Below, piece after piece: positions 1 through 11,899 of a stretch of DNA of 64,000 nt; positions within the stretch are counted from its first letter, which is position 1, and every line of letters starts with the position of its first letter. The notes beneath the pieces were generated by a model. The model saw only the letters and a list, made by a program, of their open reading frames with translations, was not told the DNA's origin and did not search any database. Both the position numbers and the translations under genes were made by a program. The stretch lies in the NCBI GenBank assembly GCA_038087875.1, contig JAXLNO010000073.1:186001-250000 (forward strand), in the 5' to 3' direction. This DNA comes from Malacoraja senta (Eukaryota).

Positions 1-604
1 TTTAAGGGCTAGGGCTATCTCCGCCTCAGTGTCACAGATCCCACAGCCCGTGAGCCTTATGCCCTCGGACACGATACTGGACCCGTCCACGTATATTTCC
101 CTACCCGTGAGATGTAACCCTTCTCTAAGTCCAAAGTCCACCTCCTATACCCCTTCCACCGAGCAATGGTGTGGCTCCCCTGGGTACACCAAATTGGCTG
201 TGAGCTTGCGCTCGCATAGACCCTCAACCCGTAAGGCTATTTGGGAAAGGAGAAGGGTCCAGGGAGTGATCCTCGCACTGCTTACGGTCCCATCCTTAAT
301 CCGACCGTCCAGCAGCATCTGGGTTGGGGTATGGTGGGTCAGGAGGGTTATGGGGGACATTCTTATGAAGACCTGTACCTTCTTCACTGCCCAGTATGTG
401 GCTAGCAGGTGCCGCTCACAGTTTGAATAGGACCTTTCTACCTCTGTGAGGACTGGAGGAATACACCACTGGCCTTAACTTGCCGTGCCGTTCTTGGAGG
501 AGCACTGCGCTCAGGCCATCGCTGCTTGCGGCTACCTCCAGGAAAAATTCCTCCCTGTAGTCGATGGCTCCCAGACCTGGGTCCTTTTGCAGGTCCCGCT
601 TCAA
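1..604 (-). pseudogene. pol: Degenerate RNase H (tether/connection) followed by a second RNase H domain
   Basis: FFLEVAASSDGLSAVLLQERHGKLRPVVYSS..CERHLLATYWAV (usual catalytic D replaced by A); then hand translation of 144-1 gives REIYVDGSSIVSEGIRLTGCGI. Confidence 0.8.
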
Positions 605-629
605 ATGGACGAATGCCTACTCGCACTGC

Positions 630-1640
630 TCATCCCACTCCTACTCTACCCCTTTGCGTAGCAGCCGGAGCAGAGATGCTGCGGTCGCGGCATAGTCCTC
701 TATAAAGTCTCGGCAGTAGCCCGTGACTCCCAGAAATGACCCCCCCCCCCACATCCGTTGGGACTGGGAGTTCCTGCACTGCCTGCCTTCTTGCTGTATC
801 GATACCCCTTTCTCCGGCCCTAAGGGTCAGTCCCAAGAACTTTACCTCTTGTAACCCTATCTGTGCCTTCTTGGGATTTACTTTTAAACCGCTCTTACAG
901 AGCAGCTCCAGCAGTTCGTTTACTAGGGACCCATGTTCCTCACTGGTGTCCGTGAATGGCAAAATATCGTCCACATACTGGACGACCTTGTGGGGCTCAC
1001 TGAATTCCTTTAAACATTCCGCCATACATTGGTGGAAAATGCTGGGGCTAGTGTGGAACCCTTGAGGAAGACAGTTCCACGTGTACTGCTGCCCCTTGAA
1101 TGTGAAAGCAAATTTGTACTGGTCTTCCTTCCTGACCGGGATTGATCAGAAACCGTTCGAGATGTCTAGCACCGTAAATACAGATGCAGACGCCGGAATT
1201 TCGCCTAATAGGCCTGCTACGGCTGCCACAGTTGGTGCGCAAGCCGGAATGTTCTAATTCAGGACCCTATAATCTACAGTGGCCCTCCAGGAATTGTCTG
1301 GCTTCCGTACGGGCCAGAGCGGAGAGTTCACGTGGGTGTCTATGGGCCTCAAAACGCCTTGCTTAACCAGTGAACTCAGGGCGACTTCTATGTCAGCCTC
1401 CGCTTCTCTGGGAAAACTATACTGTTTCTGCGGTCGGGACATGGGATCCCCGTCTATCCTGACCTCTGTTCCTGTGACCCTTCCACAGTCGTGCTTGTGA
1501 GTAGCGAATGCGGCCAGATTGCTCTTAACATGGCCTCGATACTCTGTCTGGGTCTGCCTCACTAGGGCATCTACATCGTACCCTTCTCTGGGCTTCACGA
1601 CACACAGAGCCCTTCTCTCTGGTGCCCTCTCGATGACCAT
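630..1640 (-). pseudogene. pol: Reverse transcriptase, frameshifted
   Basis: NSPLWPVRKPDNSWRATVDYRVLN; LDISNGF; DQYKFAFTFKGQQYTWNCLPQGFHTSPSIFHQ; QYVDDIL; GLKVNPKKAQ..VKFLG. Confidence 0.92.
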
Positions 1641-1695
1641 TACCTCCTTCTCTCTCTCTTTAGTGGGCCACTATAAAGTCGGCGCCTAGTATCCC

Positions 1696-1958
1696 CTATC
1701 CCTCCTGCTCCCAACTCATCATGACGCACATCCACTGCGCCTGGAGTGCTCCTAATCGAATGGATAAGGGAACAGAGAAAAAAACCGTCTTCTCGTTTCC
1801 CGTAAAACCGACAAGACTATAGGGCGCCCCACTAGATAGAGGGGGTGTACGGGGATTGTCCATGTGGACAATGGTACTGGAAGCACCTGTGTCCAGCAGG
1901 TAACTCCCGACCACATCCTGGACCTCCATCTTGACCCAGGGTCTCCCACATGGGCCAT
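1696..1958 (-). pseudogene. pro: Retroviral-type aspartic protease
   Basis: DPGSRW..; VGSYLLDTGASSTIV catalytic motif; LVGFTG flap-like segment. Confidence 0.85.
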
Positions 1959-2084
1959 ATTCTAACGGGCATAGGAATGTGGGCTGTTTTGCTGGCAGTC
2001 ATAAAGGTGCAGGGGGGCGGATACGGGCGCGCCCTGGCCTGTTGCCATGTCTACCTCTCCGGACCCTCCCGCCTTGGACTGCTA

Positions 2085-4002
2085 TTAGGCCAATAGATCT
2101 TTTACATCCATTGTTCCCGGCACTGCCGCTCCCACCTCCGCGGCTGGGTCGGCTGTTACCGGGGTCCTATCCTCCACTGCTCTACTTGGGTTTCTGCACT
2201 CCCTCTTGTAGTGCCCGTGATTCCCACACCCGTAGCCCCCACGTGGTCTCATCTCGGAAGAGGTTCGGCGGCCTTCCTGTTTCCACTCCCTCCTTTTGGG
2301 GGGTGCCGGTACTATTTCGTGCACCTTGCCCTTACAGGGCTTCTCCTCACTTCTCTCCCCGTTGCGATACGAAAGGGTGAGCTTCCTTATCACCTCCGCC
2401 TCGATAAGATTTGGGTCAGCTGGGTCGAACCAGTGCTCGGCCTTTGCCCTAACTCGCGAGAGACAATTCGCTACCAGAGTCTTTAGTCAGTGGGCTGTTC
2501 TCTCATCTAAATTCCGCCTATCTAAAGGCGTCCCACACGCTCCCTCATACACTGCCCACAGTCTGTCTGCGAACATGTCCGGGGACCCAGCTACCTGCTG
2601 CTTCGTCTCCCCCACCCTGGCGAAAGGACTCGCCTGATTCAACCCCATGGCCTCCAGAACCGCCGTCTGTGCCGCTACCCATATTCCAGGTCTTCCCACT
2701 TCCGTGGAGGTCACCGCCTTGCATAGGTAGGAATCCAGGGTCATCAGTAATAGCTTTACCCATTGAACCTCATCGAAATCGTTTATGTCGGCTGCCTGCT
2801 GCACCTCCATAAAATGCGATGACGGGTCTCCGCCCTGGTTAACCTGGGAACGTGAGCCACCGTCCCCCTCAGCACGTGTGTCCCATGGGGAATGATGATA
2901 TCACTCTCTATGGCCCCCCTATCTGCCTGCCCTTCCGGGGGACCATATTTCCTTAGTCGTACCAGGCACATCTGCCCTACCAGGGGCTGTTGACTCTTTA
3001 CCCCCTGCTCTCCCACCATGATCGGTAACCCCACCACCTCGTGGTGTGCTTCACATGGCGGAGACGCCGCTAACTGAGGGTGCTCTCCCGCCCCTCCTTG
3101 GGCCTGTCCCTCCCCGGACAACCGGAACCCCACCTGCCGACCCGGACCTATTCCCGGCGCTTCAGGAGGCGGTCTATTCCCCTTTGCCCCTGGGGAATCA
3201 TTTGCTGAGGGAAGCCCTCTGCCCCCGGGGGAGCCCCCTGGTCCTACCAGGTTAACCCGTCCCCTAGTCTTGGACAGAGTCTCCTCCAGCTGCGCTAGCC
3301 TTGCCTGGCAAGGCCCGTGATCACAATCCCCTAGCTCGCTACGGGCCACCCTGTATGCTGCTTGGATATCTTGGAACTTTCCCCCCCGCTCTCTGCACCT
3401 CTGTGTACTCGGAGACAGGAGTTCCTGGGCGTTCCGTTCCCTCTCCTTTGCCTCTACCGCCTGGCATTGGAGGAATTCCTGGGCATTTCTGTGGGACTCA
3501 ATAGCTGCAAGATACACTGCCTGCCTTCACTAAGTTCCTCATATAACCCTTCCCCTTCTCTAGCGCTTTCCTCAGCGCTGGCCCTAGCTTTTCTCAGTTG
3601 CTCTTCTAGACTCTCTACCCGTCTCTCCAATTTCGCTACCTGCTGTGATAGGCACGATAGCCAAACTGCCTTTTCCTGCCCTTTATTATAACCTTTGATT
3701 TCCGTCCATTCTGCTGCAGCTGCTGCGGGCTGCTGTGCTGTCAAAAGTGCTACCACCCATTGTTTGGTGAGATTGATCTTTTTAAACAGATAAGAGGAGA
3801 TTCTCTCCTCCATCTCGCTACGTTCTCTCACCCCCTCTGGCAAGTCACATATCCCAAACAACCGAGGTCCTGCCATGGTCGCCATTCTGTAGAGGTTTCG
3901 TTTCCTGTGCTCCACTTCGGGCCCAACTGCCCGAGTGATTCTCTCCCTTGTCGGTGAGTCAAACGGCCACCCCGGCCACCACTCCACTCGAGCGGTTCCC
4001 AA
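2085..4002 (-). pseudogene. gag: gag-like region (N-terminal coiled coil, capsid-like segment, CCHC zinc knuckle), frameshifted
   Basis: ORFs 3454-4002 (QQVAKLERRVESLEEQLRKA), 2783-3517, 2487-2810, 2085-2393 (GYGCGNHGHYKRECR, knuckle with first Cys mutated). Confidence 0.75.
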
Positions 4003-4110
4003 GAGAGAGAATACAAAAAAAGTGAGAGTGGGCGTTTCGAGGCGCCCGGATTCCCCTAGATTCTAGCCTCGGATTTATGGTGGGATATGATTTAAAAAAA
4101 AGGTTGATTT

Positions 4111-4946
4111 GACCAGAGCGTGCTGATGAGAGAAAACAGAAACCAACACGGACTCAAAGCGAGTCAAAAATTTACACTCTTTATTAAACAAATGAAAAAT
4201 CGAATCTAATCAATACTACATAATACGTGCCTAAACGTGTGCTTTAAACTAAGACTATGGAAAGAAAATTATCGGGCATGTCGTAGAAACTTACTTTACA
4301 CAATTTTACAAATACAGCACGTTTCCCCTTCTTCTCTCAACCTCTATCATATTTCGGGAACTACACCAGGTCGTCTGGGGTACTTACAGCTAGATCGATG
4401 CAGGGTCAGGAGTCGTCCAACAGAGCAGAAAAAAGAGGCACCCCCCTTGCTTGCCTGCTCCTTTTTATACCCGAGAGTTTCTCCCTTGAAAACTCCCAGG
4501 TGATCCTCTGGACAAAAGAGTATTTCAATGACTGCCAGTTTCGATCTGGCATGAACAATAGGCTTCCGATGATAATGGATTTGCTGATGTCACGATGCCT
4601 CGGCCAAACGTTATCCCATCACCTGGATGGGCTCCCATTATCCCGATGGATGGGCCATTTACGATGGTGATTGTCTTGCTGCTGGGCTATTCACCCCAGT
4701 CTGCTGGGCTCGGTTCCTTCCTTTGTCTTTCCAAGATAATCTCGTTATCTCTGTCCCGGCCTTTCCTGTTCTCACCACTCGCATAGTCATGTGGCTGCCC
4801 AGGCCCACAGACAGGCTTTGAACTTGTTGTGCCTTTGTGAGCCCTTGGGGGGGTCTTTTGCAGCCAGCATGTCCATTTTAAAAATATCCAGGGCATTATC
4901 CCCGAGTTCTTCCATAATGTTGGAGGATTTGCCCCAATAACTTACA
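4111..4946 (-). promoter_or_regulatory. Putative 5' LTR of the ERV (U3-R-U5)
   Basis: Minus strand begins TGTAAG at 4946; TATAAAAA at 4469-4462; GTAAGT donor 4387-4382; AATAAA 4185-4180 followed by a GT-rich tract; 3' boundary uncertain. Confidence 0.6.
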
Positions 4947-5223
4947 AAAGTTATTAGTGGAAGAATTTGAGCTGCTAACTTATTTTCTTCAAGGAATTTC
5001 TTAGCATAGGAACATGAAACACATCGAGCTGACGTGGTGGATCAAGGGAATCCATAACCAGGTAAACTCGGGAAGTGGAGGCTCATCAGTCAGGAATTTT
5101 CGAAGCTGTGCCCATGAAAACTCGGGAAGTTACTTGGAGTTCTGATACAACCACATCACTATCATTGTCGAATTTAATAACGAGAACAGTTGTCATCTTA
5201 CCTTGTTAGTTATAATATATGAT

Positions 5224-6089
5224 AAAAGGGGGGAATGTTAATATCAGAAATTGTGGGTACTTGGGAAAATGGAGGATGTCTGTTTAAAAGATCAGTAACA
5301 CCTGTTTAACATCTTTTTCAGAAAGCTGCAGAGTTGGCTCCGGAGAATCTGAAGCCTGGGGAGGGGTTGCAGAGAGGTTTCTGTTCAGATGGCCTGCAAG
5401 TTGTTAATATATATGGGATTATGTATAATGAGCTATGCACTGCTGCAAAAGCATGCTTGGAATTGGTTGGGGGGAATGTTATGTCTCAACTATGTTGCAG
5501 ACTATGTTGCAGTACCTTACTGCCGTCACTTGTGATTGATTTAGGAGAGTGGCCTCACTAAAGATCTTTCCACCCCCTATCAGTCTGAAGAAGTGTTTCG
5601 GCACGAAACGTTACCTATTTCCTTCGCTCCATAGATGCTGCTGTACCCGCTGAGTTTCTCCAACATTTTTGTGTACCTAAAGATGTTTCCTTATCTGGCG
5701 ATAATGTTTCTTTACTTAATGGAAGTGTTTTTCCCTAAGTGCTATGTGTTGAAACTATGTTATGTACTGTTATATGATTGGGCCAAAGAGTTGTCATTCA
5801 ATGTGTTTTGCAACCGGTATCGGTGATTGGCTTGTAGGGGTTGCCTCCTCCATGTAATGTCACGCCCTTAGTTCGGACGGGTATAAGAGGATGAATAATT
5901 CTTTGGGGTAGGTCGGTTGATTGTGACTTCTGTTCTGTGTGCACGAAATATTCTTGGCTTGCGTGAGTGGATCGGAAACCGTCCCTGCAGTTTGTTCTTC
6001 AATAAAGTAAGGTTTTGCAACAGAGTTTGACTTACTGTTTGACTAAACCAGACTGGGGAGGGGGGATAAGTCTAGAACCGGAATGAACA
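5224..6089 (+). mobile_element. PPT plus 3' LTR of a second, plus-strand ERV/LTR element
   Basis: AAAAGGGGGGAA (5224-5235) directly before TGTT (5236); TATA-like GGGTATAAGAG ~5879; AATAAA 6001-6006; ends AACA 6089 where CR1 sequence resumes. Confidence 0.75.
5572..5676 (+). mobile_element. Short Penelope-like (pLTR) insertion with hammerhead ribozyme motif
   Basis: CTGAAGA-AGTGTTTCGGCAC-GAAACG at 5585-5610; flanked by 14-bp direct repeat CTAAAGAT(C/G)TTTCC at 5558-5571 and 5677-5690. Confidence 0.75.
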
Positions 6090-6770
6090 GCTTCATGGAA
6101 GGAAGCAGAGGGTGATGGTGGAGGATTGTTCTCGAACTGGAGGCCCGTGACTAATGGTGTTCGGTGCTGAAACAATTGCTGCTTGTCATCTATAGCAATG
6201 ATTTGGGTGAGACGTACATGGCACGATTAGCATGTATGCAGATGATACAAACGTGGGTGGTACTGCAGATGGAGAGGATGGATGTCAAAAACTGCAGCAT
6301 TATCTTGATCGGTTGGCGAGGTAGGCTAAAGAATGGTTGAGGGGAATTTAATACAGAGAAATGCAAGATTTTGCATTGTGGGAAGTCCAACATGGCCAGG
6401 ACTTACACTGTGAACGGTAGGGTTCAGGGGTATGTTTTTCTAGCAGAGGGATCCAGAATGCAGCAACATATTTCCTTGAAGGTGGCATCAGAGGTAGATA
6501 GGGTGGACAAAAAAGATGATGGTACATTGGCTTTAATCAGTACGAGAATTCAGTATAGAAGTTGGGAGGCCGTGTTGCAGTTATATAAGACATTAGTGAG
6601 GAGCATTGTGTTCCGTTCTCAGCACCATGTTACAGGAATGACATTGTCAAGGTGGAAAGGGTACAGAGAAGTATACGAGGATGTTGCCAGGACTCGAGTG
6701 TTTGAGCTATTGGGAGAGGTTGAGCAGGCGAGGTCCCTATTTCATAGAGCGCAAGAAGATGAGTGGTGAT
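6090..6770 (+). mobile_element. CR1 LINE ORF2 (RT) fragment
   Basis: GRKQRVMV..; YADDT-like; EAVLQLYKTLVR motif. Confidence 0.85.
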
Positions 6771-6789
6771 TCAATTATATTATAGGGAT

Positions 6790-7068
6790 ACAGTGCGGAA
6801 TCAGGCCCTTCGGCCCAACGGGTCCGCGCCGACCAGTGATCCCCGCACTTTAACACGATCTTACACCCAAAAGTGACAAATTTGTTTTTTACAGTCACCA
6901 AGGCAATTAACCAACATACCTGTACGTCTTTGGAATGTGTGAGGAAACCGAAGATCTCGGTGAAAACCCACGCGGTGTGGGGAGAACATACAAACTCCAT
7001 ATAGACAGCACCCGTAGTCAGGATCGAACCCGGGTTTCCAGCGCTGCATTTGCTGTCAGGCAGCAACT
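6790..7068 (-). mobile_element. tRNA-derived SINE (HE1/V-SINE-like)
   Basis: B-box GGTTCGATCC on minus strand; body shared with copies at 17262, 33850, 63300; CR1-like 3' GGGCCGAAGGGCCTG. Confidence 0.8.
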
Positions 7069-8524
7069 CTACCACTTTGGAGTTTAGAAGAATGAGGGTT
7101 GATGTGTTTGGAACATAAAACGTCATTAAGATACTGGACAAGGAAAATGTTGACCAAAAATAAAACTGTTGAAGAAACTTGATTGGTCAAGCAAGCAATC
7201 TTGGGTGTGGGGGGGTGCGGGGAGTGCGTGGAGGAGGGAATGGTCTCCTTTTGGGTCATGACCCTGCATTATGTAGATATAGAGATGTATCCATCAATGG
7301 GAGAATCTGAATATAGGAAAATAGTTGTAGGATTATGGATGGTCATATAAAAAGGTGCGTAGGAACATCTCTTAGAGGGAGATGTCCGAAATTCGCAAAG
7401 CTGGATATTGTGTAGGCTAGATGATAAATATTTATAAAGGAAGTTTTTTATTGAAGGTTCCTTGCATTTAAGCCAATGGGGAACTGGCACAAGACAGGAG
7501 ACGTCCCGAATACAACGGTGGACGCTGGACCAAGGGTCTGTAAGAAGGAACCAGTTGCATGAACTTACACGTACTCAAGGTTAGCTGAGGAAGGCATCAC
7601 GGGGGCATGAAATTTTAAGATGGCCGAGCAAGAAGAGGTTCGCAGGTCGACGATATGGAGGCGGCAGCTGCGACAAATCGTGATGGCCATCTGAATTTGG
7701 TGTTTGAAAATTGCGCCAAAAACCCTTGCATATTGGCTCAATGTGTCCATGTATTTTGTAATTATGAATGGCAATAATCTCACTCATCTGGAAAAAAAAT
7801 AACTTCACTGTACCTGATTATATGTGATAAAAGATAAAGGGTCCATTGATTGCCATTCATAATTGTATATTCTCCGCTTACATTCAACTTCCCAAAGGAT
7901 GGTGGAGGTTTTGTGAGTGATTGTTAGGTATCTCAGGCCCAAATTTATGTTCTACCATTATTGATCCTCCCTCGGAGAATAACCGCACAATCAGGGAGAA
8001 CCTGAAGGCAGGACACACACTGGAAGTGGCAGGATTAAATCCCATTGCCATTGCCATTGCTCTAACTAATTTAACAACACAATCACCCTGTTCCCAAGAC
8101 AACCCTCCTCACTGTCAGCAGAACCACCAAGTTTGTGTCACCTGCAGTCTATTTCCAGCAAGTTAATTGAGAACGTGTGGATTAACATTGTTCTTTATTG
8201 TATTATTACTTACAGTACAATAACAGAAGTATATCAATGTCACATTACCGCTCAAGGAAAAATAGAAACACATTATTTGTAATGTCAGAATCATCAGAAA
8301 TATTGAGGCATTACAGGAATAGGTCATATAATTAAACTCATGATTACATTCAATCATGTCATTGAAAAATAATCAATGGTGTAATTAACCGAATGCAAGA
8401 TTAACTTACTAAACTTAAACTAAACAAACTAATAACAATCAGAGATTATGGACGAATAATTAGATGGATGTGATTCCAGATATCGCATTGACAGTATTAG
8501 CATTGACAGTATCGCATTGACGCT

Positions 8525-9170
8525 ACACACACACCACTCCACTCCACACACATCACTCACACGCCCACCACCCGTCCACACACCCACTACACCTCACACT
8601 CACCACCCAACACACTCACCAGCCCAACCCACACATAATACCCACACACCCACCACAACTCCACACACCCACTCCACCCCATACATTCACCACCACACAC
8701 AAACCACCACCCCACCCCACACACGCACTCCACCCCACACATACCACCACCCCACCCCACACACGCACTCCACCCCACACATACCACCACCCCACCTCAC
8801 ACTACATCGTCTCACAAACATCACCCACACGCCCACCACCACTCCACACACCCACTCCACCCCACACTCTCCCCACACCACACACACTCACCTCACACAC
8901 GCATAATCCCACATACATGCCCGCCACCGCACCCATATACCCATTCTACCCCCCCACACACACACACTCAACATCCCCCACACACAATCCCACATCCACC
9001 ACACACACATACCCATTTCACACCCCCCTCCCACACACTCACCACCCCACACACAGTCACTTCACACAAACACACAATGCCACAGCCACCACACGCCCAT
9101 ACCCATTCCACCCACCCCTCCGCCCCCCCCAACAAACACACAGAAACACACTCCGGCCACACACTACCCC
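8525..9170. repeat. CA-rich low-complexity tract
   Basis: Degenerate CACAC/CCAC repeats; ORFs over it are His/Thr/Pro artefacts. Confidence 0.9.
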
Positions 9171-10013
9171 AAAGGCACAGGTGCCATGTATTTCAAATGA
9201 GGTTCAGTGCGATATGTTTACCTCAGAGACATGGTGGATATAACAGACCATTGTATTTTACGCCTTATGGTAAGTCGCGGGAAATTTGAACAACCGGGAA
9301 AACGGACGTGGACACGGCATCAGGACGAAACTCCCACCTGAGGCAGTGACGGGATGTGTGCATTCAGCAGCAAGAGTGAGAGAATGAGACAGGAGAACAG
9401 TCGGACGCACGGAGTGGGGATGTAATCCGTAAACTAATCAGAGAGAATATTTTCCATTTTACCGTCACCTTACACTTGCAATGAACGACAACATCCTGAT
9501 CTGTTCCTGTTTTTGACCTGATGCATTCCAATCCGTATCGACAGAGGATATTTGGATCGAGTTCAGTCGCATTGGTGCACAGACCGAATGACTGAGCATT
9601 TTATATTAAGCAACAAGCTGCTGGGATTCTCATTTCGAAAGAATGCGACCTGAATTACCATTGGGCATTCACTCGTCTGACCATGTTTATGGAGCGAGTC
9701 TGTGAAGAGACGGAACTGAGTCAGTGTGACAGCAGCGCCGGCGTAAACCCGCTCAACAAAGAGAGGCAGCGGCAGACAGACCGCTCCCCCTCGTGGCTGC
9801 CGCGAGGAATGGCAGCTCTGCGCCGGCAGTGGCTGGGGCAGCGAGCGGTTTGGTGGGGCAGTTTGGTGGGGCAGAAGAACAGATCCTCGTCTCGGAATCG
9901 GAAGACATGCCAGGGTCACAAATATCATCTGTGGATCAGGTCACTGAGGATCCTCAGCGTGTCGGGGAGTGAGGGGGGAGGGTGAGCAGATGGGATGGAG
10001 AGGGCACGGATTC

Positions 10014-10924
10014 CTAAACCCCGCGGCGCTGAATGCATTTTACAATCAGAATAAAGGGCGATTTCACCACTCCTTTGAACTGCTGCCTGAACTTAGTCTG
10101 GGTGACGGCGTAAAGAGCCGTGTTTGTGCAGCAACTCAGGGTCTGCAGCATGGCGGCCAGTTCGCCAATGTTGTAATCCGGATAGTCCCAGCTAGGAATT
10201 AATCCAGCCAGTCTGAACCACACAACATGTATCGCACGGAGCGCCCACAACACGATGAAATTCCCCGAGATGACCAGCAGTAAAATGAGGGATTTCCTGC
10301 GGCTCTCCATCTCCGGGTCTCTGCCACTCTCCCCACTGCTGGGACCCAGGAGTCTGCTGCGGGCTCTGCTCGCCACTAGCACGTATCTGATGGTCGAAGT
10401 GTTCAATAAAACAATGAGGACAAATGGGATCGCGGGGGTGATGACATATTGGAGAAACTCCCCGATTCCCCAGATCAGTGAGGTTCGAATACCGAATGTA
10501 ACCGAACAAAACCAGGGGGCATTAAATAGCAAGTATTTACCGCTCAACATAAAATACCAGAACGTGTTCTTTAAACAGCTCAGCACGGTCACTGTCCCCA
10601 GAACCACATCCGCCGTTCTTTCGGTGCAATATTTTGTTTTCAGCTTCTGGCAACAAATGGCCACAAATCGATCAAAGGTGAAGGTGACGGTGAACCAGAC
10701 AGAGCAGTCGGTGACGGCGTAAAGCAAGACGGCGTGGATATTACACACTGGGACGTAGAGCAGGAACTGAAATGCATCATAGTAAGCAATCGGAATCTGC
10801 CTCAGTATCAGGTCGATAATAATGACCAGTAGATCGGCCGTTGCCATGGCGATTATGTAGTGAGTGACACCTGTGGAGAGACCGCACTTTCCCCGGGACA
10901 GGACCACAATCGTCAGCGCGTTCA
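10014..10924 (-). CDS. GPR139-like rhodopsin-class GPCR, coding exon 2 (end of TM1 to stop)
   Basis: Acceptor ..TTACTTCCCTCAACACAG|TGAAC at 10925/10924; AMATADLL (TM2), FTFDRFVAIC (DRY equivalent), ESRRKSLILL, LSCCTNTALY, TQTKFR; open frame. Confidence 0.93.
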
Positions 10925-11899
10925 CTGTGTTGAGGGAAGTAAACAGAGACATGACAGCGGACAAAGCAAACTCGGCAGATTCATCGAGGGGCAAATCAAA
11001 TGCACAACCCTGTTCTGGAATTCAGAGTTGTAGCAGATTTCATAACAACGCTGTCTACTAGTGATAATGCAACGACATAAATTACTGACGGTAAAATAAC
11101 TTCATCTACTCGACTACATAACAGATGAGAAGCTGCTGTTACGAGGGTTCGGATAAATAATCTGACCGGTTTCTGACCATTGCTTACTTCACCATGGGAG
11201 TTTAGCTCATTGGTTCAGTGTGAATCTGGTTCAGGGTGGGCTGGAGAACAAACCCTCGTCCTGCTCTTTATGCAGGGACATTGCGTTAGTGTGAATCAAT
11301 CAGGCCAGGGTTCTATTCATGGCCTAATGCGCCAGTGTAAGTCTGTTGGGTCAGTAATGGTTCCGATACGGAGCATTACGCAGACACAGTGATATTGGGC
11401 AAAACTGGGCCAGATCCCAGCAGGAACCATTCGTTTCAGTCTCACCTGGGAGGAGGAGGGAGGCAAAGGAAAGCGTGTCAGTATTTCAAGATTGCATTAA
11501 ACCAGTAAAACATGTAAAACCTGTAAAAATCTAATCAGTTTATTGTTTGCCGTGGACATTTTCGATAGCTGCAGAGAGATCGCCAGGCGCACGGCAGCAG
11601 TGGATTACACCAGGAAAGTGAATTAAAGGAACTGGAATGCTGTTAACGATTGTTTACCGTTTTAATAAAATTAGCTGTGAACATGGTAGCAATGTAAAAA
11701 TAACTTGTAAACACGCTGATGAACAGCGTGAAACCTCTGATCTCCACGATCAGACAGCATCAGCACATTACCCGTTACTCAGTCGAAGATTCCCTAAATA
11801 GAACACGTCATGGATTGTCCGAGCTACAGACATTTATACCGGATCCCGTAACCGCCGCTTCTCACCTGATGTTGCTCGGCAATTTAGACAGAGACTTAC

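Larger units (their letters stand above)
1..4946 (-). mobile_element. Endogenous retrovirus-like LTR element (5' LTR-gag-pro-RT-tether-RNase H; continues off left edge), decayed
   Basis: Ordered minus-strand motifs: coiled-coil and CCHC gag, LLDTGAS protease, SPLWPVRKPD..WR.TVDYR.LN / DISNGF / LPQGFHTSP / QYVDDIL RT, tether, IYVDGSS RNase H; several frameshifts and stops. Confidence 0.88.

Noticed and set aside
4095..4125. TGGTCAAATC as the ERV primer-binding site
   Set aside because: I could not match it to a tRNA 3' end, and the LTR 3' boundary is ambiguous.
7270..8100. Possible LINE remnants
   Set aside because: Similarity too weak to assign by eye.
9175..9275. Possible plus-strand exon ending in GTAAGT
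   Set aside because: No recognisable protein in any frame and no convincing acceptor.
8517..9289. His/Thr/Pro-rich ORFs
   Set aside because: CA-rich low-complexity DNA.
9563..9985. ORFs of 100-121 aa downstream of the GPCR
   Set aside because: No motifs; most simply the 3' UTR/flank.
10255..10722. 155-aa plus-strand ORF
   Set aside because: Antisense shadow of the GPCR exon.
10925..10994. N-terminus MPLDESAEF.. of the 326-aa ORF
   Set aside because: Non-ATG start, and it lies upstream of a canonical acceptor, so it is intronic.
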